Positions 49,830 to 57,885 of a stretch of 64,000 nucleotides of DNA are shown in pieces. The stretch comes from Candidatus Latescibacterota bacterium (GTDB lineage: Bacteria; Latescibacterota; UBA2968; UBA8231). A program made the translations under genes and the position numbers. The DNA lies in contig CBDFJF010000001.1 in NCBI GenBank assembly GCA_965248265.1, positions 2,112,001-2,176,000 of the forward strand, written 5' to 3'. Numbering within the stretch: position 1 is the first letter of the stretch; each line of letters opens with the position of its first letter. The notes under the pieces are model-generated. The model was not told where the DNA came from. It worked only from the letters and a program-made list of their open reading frames with translations, and made no database searches.

Positions 49830-50660
49830 CTATAAATCACGCTCCACAGAATCCCGCGACCTAAAAAACGGATACACAATGCGCCCAACCAGCCCAGTAG
49901 GAAACCGCTCCATCCCAACAAACCCCAACTTCGGAGGTTGCTCCTCCTCTGGCCGATAAGCCGTACCAAAGAGCCAATCCCACACACAGAACAAGATGCC
50001 AAAGTTCTGTCCCGCGGCTTTTCCATGCGACACAACATCGTGATGCCACACATGAAAGCGGGGTGAGTTCACGACCTTTGTTAGTGGCCCCCAACCGAAG
50101 TTCAGATTCGAATGATTGATGTGTCCGATCAGCGTCCCAACCACGGCCACCCACAGGATTACACGACCTTCTACGCCCAGCAGCACCAGCGGCAGGTAGG
50201 TCAGTCCCTTGTAGACGACGATCTCCATCCAATGAAACCGCATGTTGCCGATCCAGTCCAGCTCTTCGATCGAGTGATGCAGCTTATGAAACTCCCACAG
50301 CCACGGCAGCCCGTGAAGGAGCCGGTGAACCCCGTACTCGACCAAATCCTTGGCCACGAGAAAGACCACGAACTGCATCCACGCCGGCTGTGTCGTCAAC
50401 AACTGCGCCGCTTCCGGTGACGGCAACGGCCAGCCCCCGATGGCAACGCCGGCACGGCCGATCAACCATGCGGCGATGTGCGCGATCAGAACTCCGGCAT
50501 AGTGGCCGTTGAACACCAGCCAGAACAGATCCTGCCCGAACTGATCTCGCCAGGCGCGCTGTGGTCGCCACGGCGCGAGACGTTCGAGAACCCAGCACAG
50601 CAGTGACACCACCAGTAACCAGAAGAAATAGTTTCGCGTGTCCCAGATCAGATGCAGCAC
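49830..50660 (-). CDS. Sterol desaturase / fatty acid hydroxylase family protein
   Basis: His boxes HRLLH, HKLHH, HSN, HVWHH, NFG..WDWLFGT. Confidence 0.9.
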   Translation of the reverse strand: MLHLIWDTRNYFFWLLVVSLLCWVLERLAPWRPQRAWRDQFGQDLFWLVFNGHYAGVLIAHIAAWLIGRAGVAIGGWPLPSPEAAQLLTTQPAWMQFVVFLVAKDLVEYGVHRLLHGLPWLWEFHKLHHSIEELDWIGNMRFHWMEIVVYKGLTYLPLVLLGVEGRVILWVAVVGTLIGHINHSNLNFGWGPLTKVVNSPRFHVWHHDVVSHGKAAGQNFGILFCVWDWLFGTAYRPEEEQPPKLGFVGMERFPTGLVGRIVYPFFRSRDSVERDL

Positions 50661-50661
50661 T

Positions 50662-51279
50662 TCACTTCTCCGAATTGTCAGCGACACTGTCGGCGGCGGC
50701 CGGTGTCGCCGTCAATCCCTGCCGTTCATTGACGAACACACCCCAGACCCGATCGTAGGGGTGAATGGCGTCAGTGGTGTCGGCGGCATCGTGGACGACG
50801 CGGCCCTCGTTATACCAGCGGAAGACACCGCCGCGCAGGTTGGCTACCGACAGTGCACCGGCCTCCACGGCGCTCCCGCGTACGCGCTCTGCCATCACCG
50901 AACTGCGGTAGCCGACGGAGCAGTAGAAGACCAGATGTTTGCCCTCTACCTTGTCGCCGAATTGCGTCTCGAATGCGCTGGCCTCTGTATCGGGCGCCAG
51001 GCGCTGGGCGCCGCGAACATGGCTGCGCTCGAATTCTGCCGGCTCTCGGACATCGAACAACAGATAGTCCGAGGAATCGACCGATGCGAGAGCAGCGGCG
51101 AGATCCTTCGTGGAGGTCTCGTCCACCGAAAACTGGACGGCAATAGCTGCCTCCACGGCTATAAGTGGATCCTCGACAGCGGCAAGCGCATCCTCCGTGG
51201 CGCCGGCCGACAACGCCTGTAGTACGGCAAGGGATATCAAGGCGCCGCTCGCGCGAATAATGGCAAGCCAACGCATCAT
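50662..51279 (-). CDS. Secreted rhodanese-like protein
   Basis: Signal peptide, DVREPAEF..SHVRGA, active-site YCSVGYRS, NLRGG; ATGA overlap with the upstream gene. Confidence 0.85.
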   Translation of the reverse strand: MMRWLAIIRASGALISLAVLQALSAGATEDALAAVEDPLIAVEAAIAVQFSVDETSTKDLAAALASVDSSDYLLFDVREPAEFERSHVRGAQRLAPDTEASAFETQFGDKVEGKHLVFYCSVGYRSSVMAERVRGSAVEAGALSVANLRGGVFRWYNEGRVVHDAADTTDAIHPYDRVWGVFVNERQGLTATPAAADSVADNSEK

Positions 51280-53204
51280 GAGCGTTCTCCCAGATAAACG
51301 GGTCGACCACCGTAGAAATAGCGTTCGACCAGATCCTCCGGAGGAGGAGCCGCCTTCACCGTGGCCGCGTACGAGCCGATGAAAGAAGCCGCCAGACCGA
51401 TGATGATCGGATCCATGCCTGCCAGTCGCACCGGAGAAAAAAAGCTGCCGTTCACGAATACTCCAGCGGTGTACATCGAGACATGTGCCAGGAATCCGCA
51501 CGCCATGCCGGCCATGCACCCGGTCGTATTGGCTCTCGGCCAGTAGAGTGCGAACACGGTGGGCGCCAGAAAACAGGCGGCCAGACCGCTGCCGGTGTAG
51601 ACGATGATGTCCTGAAGAAACTGTGGTGGGTTCACCGCGCCCAGGACCGCACCTGCTCCCACGATCGCGGTGACGAGATAGCTGAGCCTGCGAATGCGGC
51701 GATCGTCGACCTGTGGATTGATGTTGCGCTGGTAGACGTCGCGCACCAGGGCAGAGGAGATCATCAGCAGAAAGCTATCGACCGTCGACATCACCGCCGC
51801 GAACGGCGCCGCCACCAACAGGCCGCCGAGCCAGGCCAGACCGGCATTCTCGGTGATGAAGACGACGATCGCCGGCATGATTCGATCCGGCTCCGTTTCC
51901 ATCCCGGGCAGCAGAATCCGCGCGCAGCAGAAGATGATGACGAGGGGAAAGTAGATCAGCGAGTAGTGGACGGTGACGGTGATGATCGACCATCGCAGGG
52001 TCCGTGTGTCCCGAAAGGCCATCAGGCGAACATAGTGAGACGGCTGTCCCGTACCCGCGATCGCCCACATGATGAAGAAGGACACCGCCAGACTCAGTGG
52101 CAGAAAACCTGCCGACGAAGAGGGACTAGGACCTGGCCCGCTGACGTAGGTGCCGGTCTGCCCGGCCCCGTAGGCATACGGTCCCGGAGAGAATTGTGTA
52201 AGGCTGGATCCTTTTGGCGTAGACCCTACGACCTGGTTTGCCAATACGCGATCGACGTCACCGGGCGTCATTATCTCCAGCAACTCGACCTCTGCCTCCT
52301 GCACGCCTGCCTCGAAAGTGGCAGTGCGAGCCACCTTGAACAAGCGCGGAGATCTTGTCTCCCCCTGCGATCCCAACGAGGAGCGGATCCAAGTACCTGC
52401 CTGGAATACGACCTCTTGATTGTGTGATCCATCAACCCTGACCGAGCCTACTCCCTTGAGCGGCGGGGTCATCTGCGCCATCTGTCGTGTCGCTGACTCC
52501 AGCCCACCGACCTGGTGCAGAGCCAGTGGCAGCAAGATGACAACCCCCGCGACCATGATGATACCCTGCATAACATCGGTCCAGACTACCGCATGAAAAC
52601 CTCCATAGGCTGTGTACACGACGACGACGATTCCGAAGGCCATCAAACACAGCAGATATTCGGGGTCGACGCCGTGTAGCAGCTCCCAACCACCGAAAAA
52701 CTCTCCCACTGCGGCGGCGCCCTGGTGAAACGCCGAGACACTGTCCAGCACCGTACGCAGAATCAAACTACCTGCCTTAAACTGGGCCACCAGATTGAAG
52801 CTCATGAAGAAGACGATCAGGGCCGTGGCAAGGATCCCGAAAGCGGGACTGGCAAAGCGGTCGCGAAACACGTCCGGCACGGTAATGGCTCCGGAGATCC
52901 GCGCCACCTGGTTCAAGCGCTTACCGAGGATTCCGATCATGCAGATGGGGACGACCATGTAGCTGCTGATCCACAGGGCCATGATCCAGCCGTGGGTGTA
53001 GATCTTGGCTGGGAATCCAGTGAAGCTGCCGCCTGAAGCGCTGGTTGCGGCGAAGGTCATGGCAAACGCCCACATGCCCAGACTGCGACTGCCGAGGAAG
53101 TACTCGCTCAGAAAACTGCGATGCCGCAGCAGCCGGTTCGCCAGCCATGCCAGAACCAGCACGCCGGCGATGTAGAGGGAAAAGGTGACCAGTGCCGGGC
53201 TCAT
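51276..53204 (-). CDS. Sodium:solute symporter, PanF-like
   Basis: EYFLGSRSLG, SGGSFTGFP, YTAYGGFHAVVWTDVMQG, AAVMSTVDSFLL; preceded by a yhdT-like gene. Confidence 0.88.
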   Translation of the reverse strand: MSPALVTFSLYIAGVLVLAWLANRLLRHRSFLSEYFLGSRSLGMWAFAMTFAATSASGGSFTGFPAKIYTHGWIMALWISSYMVVPICMIGILGKRLNQVARISGAITVPDVFRDRFASPAFGILATALIVFFMSFNLVAQFKAGSLILRTVLDSVSAFHQGAAAVGEFFGGWELLHGVDPEYLLCLMAFGIVVVVYTAYGGFHAVVWTDVMQGIIMVAGVVILLPLALHQVGGLESATRQMAQMTPPLKGVGSVRVDGSHNQEVVFQAGTWIRSSLGSQGETRSPRLFKVARTATFEAGVQEAEVELLEIMTPGDVDRVLANQVVGSTPKGSSLTQFSPGPYAYGAGQTGTYVSGPGPSPSSSAGFLPLSLAVSFFIMWAIAGTGQPSHYVRLMAFRDTRTLRWSIITVTVHYSLIYFPLVIIFCCARILLPGMETEPDRIMPAIVVFITENAGLAWLGGLLVAAPFAAVMSTVDSFLLMISSALVRDVYQRNINPQVDDRRIRRLSYLVTAIVGAGAVLGAVNPPQFLQDIIVYTGSGLAACFLAPTVFALYWPRANTTGCMAGMACGFLAHVSMYTAGVFVNGSFFSPVRLAGMDPIIIGLAASFIGSYAATVKAAPPPEDLVERYFYGGRPVYLGERS

Positions 53205-53500
53205 GACTGCGCGGAATTCCCCAGATCATCCTCCGCCATGTAGCGTAAGCAGAACACGATCGTGAAAACGTTGGCCAGTAACCACGGCACGACGATGCCA
53301 CCGAATACCCAGGCCGGAATACCGTAGACCAACGGTAGTTGATTCCCGTCGATATTGTATCCGGTTGCATAGCAATACGGAACCGCCCACAACAAGGCCG
53401 CGACCCAGACCAGAAAAATAATGATGGCCTCGCGGCGCGAGTGCAGGAAGACAGGATCAGGAGAATTGGATCTGGGAGAGTTGGATCTAATTGTCGGCAT
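53201..53500 (-). CDS. YhdT/DUF997 family small membrane protein
   Basis: REA...LW...GIPAWVF...MAEDDL; overlaps the symporter start. Confidence 0.8.
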   Translation of the reverse strand: MPTIRSNSPRSNSPDPVFLHSRREAIIIFLVWVAALLWAVPYCYATGYNIDGNQLPLVYGIPAWVFGGIVVPWLLANVFTIVFCLRYMAEDDLGNSAQS

Positions 53501-53551
53501 GAATTGGACTCCAATGCGGTCGCTCCTCGACGCGCTTATCTTTGCAAACCA

Positions 53552-54136
53552 ATGAACCTGCGCCTGATTCCAACTCTGCGAGATATCGCCCTCGACGCCG
53601 GACTGCCCGGAGTTCTCGGCTTGTCCTTCGTCGACTCTGCCGGCATTCCCACGGGCGGCGGTCCTGACTTCGCCGTCGTCATTCTGAGCGGACTACAGCC
53701 TGAGTTCCTGCGGGTCGCCCTGTTCGTGGTGGCGGCCACACTCGGATCGACCGTCGGTTGTACTGCCCTCTACTTTTTCGGGCGCAAGGGCGGTGAACTG
53801 GCCCTGCGCCGCTTCGACATAACCCATCGAGACCGTGTCAGAGATCAGATCGACCGCAACGGCTTCGGCGCCATCTTCATTGCCGCGATGGGACCCCCGC
53901 CCTTTCCGACCAAACTCTTCGTCATCTCCGCCGGGGTATTCGGCATGCCATTGAGGACCCTGGTGGCCAGCATGATGGTGGGGCGCGCCCTGCGCTATTC
54001 GATCGCAGCGTACCTGGGCGTTGTGTTGGGCGAGCAAGCCATCGTCTTCCTGCACGATCACGCCCCCCACGGGTTGGTTGCCGTACTATTGCTGGCCGTG
54101 TTACTCGGACTCGTACAGCTGATTCGCAGACGTTAG
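53552..54136 (+). CDS. DedA/VTT (YqaA-like) membrane protein
   Basis: SFVDS, GSTVG..LYFFGRKGG, PPPFPTKLF, GRALRY. Confidence 0.85.
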   Translation: MNLRLIPTLRDIALDAGLPGVLGLSFVDSAGIPTGGGPDFAVVILSGLQPEFLRVALFVVAATLGSTVGCTALYFFGRKGGELALRRFDITHRDRVRDQIDRNGFGAIFIAAMGPPPFPTKLFVISAGVFGMPLRTLVASMMVGRALRYSIAAYLGVVLGEQAIVFLHDHAPHGLVAVLLLAVLLGLVQLIRRR

Positions 54137-56547
54137 CTGCTGGGCGGGTTTTTCTCGCGGGCCTGCAGAATAGCGGGCAACAAGGCGACGGCGGCGATAA
54201 AACAGCTGGCCAGACCGATCAATGCCAGCAGCCCCATCGAGTTGAGCCCCGGGTGCCGCACCAGAACCAGACCGCTGAAGCCGGCCATCGTCGTCAGCGT
54301 CGTCGCTGCCACGGCTTTACCGGTCGTTCCCAGGACGAGCGAGAGAGAACCGCGTCCTTCTTCCCTGTACCGATGCAGGATGTGGACGGCATTGACTATA
54401 CCCATGCCGGCAATCGTCGGAAATACCACGATGTTGTAGAGATCGAAGCGCAAATCCCACCCATGCATGATTCCGGCAACCCATAACAGCGCCGCGGTTA
54501 GCGGTGCCATCACCAGGATGGCCTCGGAGAGCTTGCGAAAGTCGAGAAGGACTACCACGAAGACGATGAGAAACGTAATGGCCATCGCCACCCGGCTGTC
54601 GGCTTCAACGACCTGCAGGACATCGGCGAACACGACGTTCGAGCTGGAGGCGTAATAGCTAGCGCCCGAAGGCAGGTTGATCTTGCCGATCTCCTTGGCA
54701 AAGCGGATGGCGTTCAATCCATCGTGCAGGAGCACCGAAGCACTGATGGCGACGAAATTGAGGATCTTGCCTTCCTTGTTCGTAAACGGGGTCGTGATCC
54801 CTTCCGGCAGATCCGCCAGTTCAATGCGCTCGAGGTCCAGCAGGTCGCGTAGCGAATCGACCCGGGCACGCTGATCTTCTGGGATAACGTCGACGGCGTC
54901 TGTGTCGATGAGTTGTCGCAGTTCTCCGATGATCTGGAGTTTCTCTTCCTGATCGGAAGGGATAACGGAGTGGACACTGCGCACGGATTTGATCGTTGAG
55001 TTGGGATCGAGCTCGCGAATACGCTCCACTTCTGAGACGATTTCCAAAGCCTCTGCGGCGGTCGGCGTCAGTACGATGGCCGGCGAACTCTCCGCCCGCA
55101 TGCGATCGGGCAGGTTCGCCTCCAGACCGGCATTCGGCGGTTGATAGCGCAGTTTCTCGAAGTTGTACTCCACCTGGAGATCGGTGGCACCGTAGAGGGA
55201 GTAGGCCGTGACGAGAGCTCCAATCGCCAGTGTGAGACGCGGGATCGGATACGCCCGGCGTTTGGGCATGCCGACAGCCGCGCTGTGGCGCAACTCCATC
55301 AGCCCAAGTTTCTCCCCCATCACGATGAAGGCAGGGCACACGACGATGGTGGCGACCAAAGACAGCAGAATGCCGATGCTGGCGATGAATCCGAAGTCGG
55401 AGAACGCCTTGAAATCCATGATCATCAACGAAGAGAAGGCGACGGACGTGGTTACCGCCGTCGTCACCAGGGCTCGACCGGTCTGTGACAGTGTTTCGAG
55501 CAAAGCCTCCTCTGAACCCAGCTCCCGGCGACGCCTGGCTTCGCGATATCGGGCGAAGATGTGGATGCCGAAGTCGATCCCCAGCCCGAAGAGGACGGCA
55601 AACAGGATCATCGTCACCTGGTTCAACTCGCCGACGGCGACGTAGGCGACGCCGAAGGTCCATGACAGGCTCATGGCCAGAGGAAACACGATCACCAGTG
55701 GCGCCAGCACATGGCGGAAGTACACCATGATCAACAGCAGTACACCGGCGATACCGTAGATGGCAGTACGACGCGCATCCCCGATGGCCATGTTGTAGTC
55801 GTTGGCCTGGTTCGTGAAGCTGCCGGCCAGCCCCACCTCAACCCTGTCAGCTCGACCTGCAGTCCTTAGCTCATCGATCGTACCCTGGACACTGGTGAGC
55901 AATCGATTGGTGAATCCCATGTCCGCGAAGTCACCGGTCGGGTACAGGATCAGGATGATGCCGTCGCCCTTCTTCGTCAGGAAGAACTCATCATCCAGGC
56001 CGTTGTCGATTTCTCGGTCAGCGTACTTGCTCTCGATGTCAGACAGATCCAGGACCGTTTCCTCGTCGTCGAGCGAGAAGTACAACGGCGACTGCTCGAC
56101 CTTCTTTTGTTCGATGAATTCCTCCACCCGCTCCGAAACGGTTTGAAGGTCTTCGAGATCCATGTAGAGGAGACGGTTTTTGACGAAGAAATCGCGATCG
56201 GAACGCAAGCGCTGCCAACTCAGGTGGGGATTGCCTTCGAGCCGGGCGCTCAGCTCGATGCCGAACTGACGCGCGGCCTCGGGCTCGTCGGAGGTGATGA
56301 CGACCAGCAGGGGTCGGGTATGACCGACCTCCTCCTTGATCTGGTTAAGGGTCTGTACGCTGGGATAGTTCTCAGGCAGCAGCTCGGCCAGGTTGGTGTT
56401 GAGCGTCAGCCCCGTGGCCATGTAGCCGAAGAATCCCGACAGCAACGACGACAGTAGGACGATGCTGACGTAGTGGTTGTAGACGTAGTGAACGATGCGG
56501 CGGCAACCGGCGTCGGCCAGTCGTACCACGAACTCTTTGGGCGCCAT
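54133..56547 (-). CDS. MMPL/RND family lipid transporter (HpnN-like)
   Basis: Two TM repeats with large periplasmic loops, GLGIDFGIH, TTMAGF. Confidence 0.9.
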   Translation of the reverse strand: MAPKEFVVRLADAGCRRIVHYVYNHYVSIVLLSSLLSGFFGYMATGLTLNTNLAELLPENYPSVQTLNQIKEEVGHTRPLLVVITSDEPEAARQFGIELSARLEGNPHLSWQRLRSDRDFFVKNRLLYMDLEDLQTVSERVEEFIEQKKVEQSPLYFSLDDEETVLDLSDIESKYADREIDNGLDDEFFLTKKGDGIILILYPTGDFADMGFTNRLLTSVQGTIDELRTAGRADRVEVGLAGSFTNQANDYNMAIGDARRTAIYGIAGVLLLIMVYFRHVLAPLVIVFPLAMSLSWTFGVAYVAVGELNQVTMILFAVLFGLGIDFGIHIFARYREARRRRELGSEEALLETLSQTGRALVTTAVTTSVAFSSLMIMDFKAFSDFGFIASIGILLSLVATIVVCPAFIVMGEKLGLMELRHSAAVGMPKRRAYPIPRLTLAIGALVTAYSLYGATDLQVEYNFEKLRYQPPNAGLEANLPDRMRAESSPAIVLTPTAAEALEIVSEVERIRELDPNSTIKSVRSVHSVIPSDQEEKLQIIGELRQLIDTDAVDVIPEDQRARVDSLRDLLDLERIELADLPEGITTPFTNKEGKILNFVAISASVLLHDGLNAIRFAKEIGKINLPSGASYYASSSNVVFADVLQVVEADSRVAMAITFLIVFVVVLLDFRKLSEAILVMAPLTAALLWVAGIMHGWDLRFDLYNIVVFPTIAGMGIVNAVHILHRYREEGRGSLSLVLGTTGKAVAATTLTTMAGFSGLVLVRHPGLNSMGLLALIGLASCFIAAVALLPAILQAREKNPPSS

Positions 56548-56686
56548 GCAAGCGTTTCATTCGGGAAACTGCATCAATACCGAACTTCTCGAGCCTTATA
56601 TAATAAGGAAAAAGCCTGGATCCGGACGTTTCCGGTCCCAGGCTTGGTGTGAGCTGTGTCTGAAGGCGCTTGTCGATCCCCGGCCC

Positions 56687-56748
56687 TCAATCCAGAATGA
56701 CAATAGACGGGCGGCAGACCGGTGGAAATCGGTCCGGCTACGAGCGTC
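56687..56748 (-). pseudogene. Out-of-frame duplicate of an internal segment of the propeller lipoprotein
   Basis: Encodes TLVAGPISTGLPPV then, after a frameshift, IVILD*, matching HVAGPISTGLPPVSIAILG inside 56749-57885. Confidence 0.75.
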
Positions 56749-57885
56749 TCAATCCATGTCGACGATCGTGTCAGTGTCCGTATCGATGACGACGATGTAG
56801 CTCGTGCCAGTCGGCGCAAAGAGCGGGTCATTCGTGTCCAGTCGCTGGACGAGCACGTAGATCCGCGATCCGATTCGAGCCATCTGCGTCATCTCGGGCA
56901 GACCGTCGGCGTCGGCGAAGCCGCTCAGATCTATCGTGCCCAACTCCACGCCGTTGCGCGGATCGACAATTACCAATTCGGCTCGTGCCAGGCGGGTGAC
57001 GTACGCTTTGTCGGCGCTGATGACTTCGATGTCCTGCGGATTGCTGCCGTTACCGACCGAGAACTGGATCAGCGGAGCAGTCAGGTTGCTCGCGTCCAGA
57101 ACCAGGATGTTGTCCGCGTTCAGGCGGTTGATGATATAGACCTTGCCGTCGAAGAACCGGACCACGGCATCGGAATGGATGGTGAGTAGATCCGTGTCCG
57201 CGGCATCGGCGTCCGGGGCAAGAAAAGCGGTGCTGCCCGTCGTGAAGTCACTGGTCGCCACGAAGATCCCCGACCCGGTGTCGCCGAGGATGGCGATGCT
57301 GACCGGGGGCAGGCCCGTGGAAATCGGTCCTGCCACGTGCTCCTGGGTGCCAGCGTCGAAGATCACCAGTCCGGCCCCTTGGGGCTGGGCAAAGGAACCG
57401 GGATCGGCCACGATCAAGCGGTCGCCGTCGACGGCCAGACTCTGCATGAATCCGGTAGACAGCCCCTCCAGCCGCGGCCCGACATCTCCGGTCGCCAGGT
57501 CGAAGGGGACGACATGGTTGGCGAAATTCTCATCCGAGATGATGGCGTAGCCATGGTCCTCGTCCGCCATCGCGATGGAGTTGACGTCGCCTCCCAGTGC
57601 CGTTTCCCCAATCACCACACCGCGACTGCTGATGCTGTTGCCATCAGCCGACTCCAACACCTCCAACCCACCGATGCGGTCACCGAATTCCGACACCTCC
57701 GAGACGATCAGCGTCGAGCCGACCGCCACGATCGCATTCGGATTAGATGCTGCCAACTCGACACCCAGCGCAGTGTCATCGCGGATCTGGTCCTCTGGGG
57801 GCGCGGTAGGCGAATCGGAGTCGCAGCGCACGGCCAACCCTGCGCCCAAAGCGCAGAGAACGAAGAGACTGTTGCGGGCTTTCAC
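56749..57885 (-). CDS. Beta-propeller lipoprotein, probable cobalamin-binding partner of the TonB receptor
   Basis: GTGA overlap with the receptor; signal ending LAVRC; blades VYIINR, SNPQDI..KAYVTR, GTIDLS..D.DGLPE. Confidence 0.75.
   Translation of the reverse strand: MKARNSLFVLCALGAGLAVRCDSDSPTAPPEDQIRDDTALGVELAASNPNAIVAVGSTLIVSEVSEFGDRIGGLEVLESADGNSISSRGVVIGETALGGDVNSIAMADEDHGYAIISDENFANHVVPFDLATGDVGPRLEGLSTGFMQSLAVDGDRLIVADPGSFAQPQGAGLVIFDAGTQEHVAGPISTGLPPVSIAILGDTGSGIFVATSDFTTGSTAFLAPDADAADTDLLTIHSDAVVRFFDGKVYIINRLNADNILVLDASNLTAPLIQFSVGNGSNPQDIEVISADKAYVTRLARAELVIVDPRNGVELGTIDLSGFADADGLPEMTQMARIGSRIYVLVQRLDTNDPLFAPTGTSYIVVIDTDTDTIVDMD

Noticed and set aside
49830-56547. Sterol/hopanoid pathway from the desaturase plus MMPL
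   Set aside because: No squalene or cyclase genes are in the window, both families are broad, and they lie in separate transcription units.
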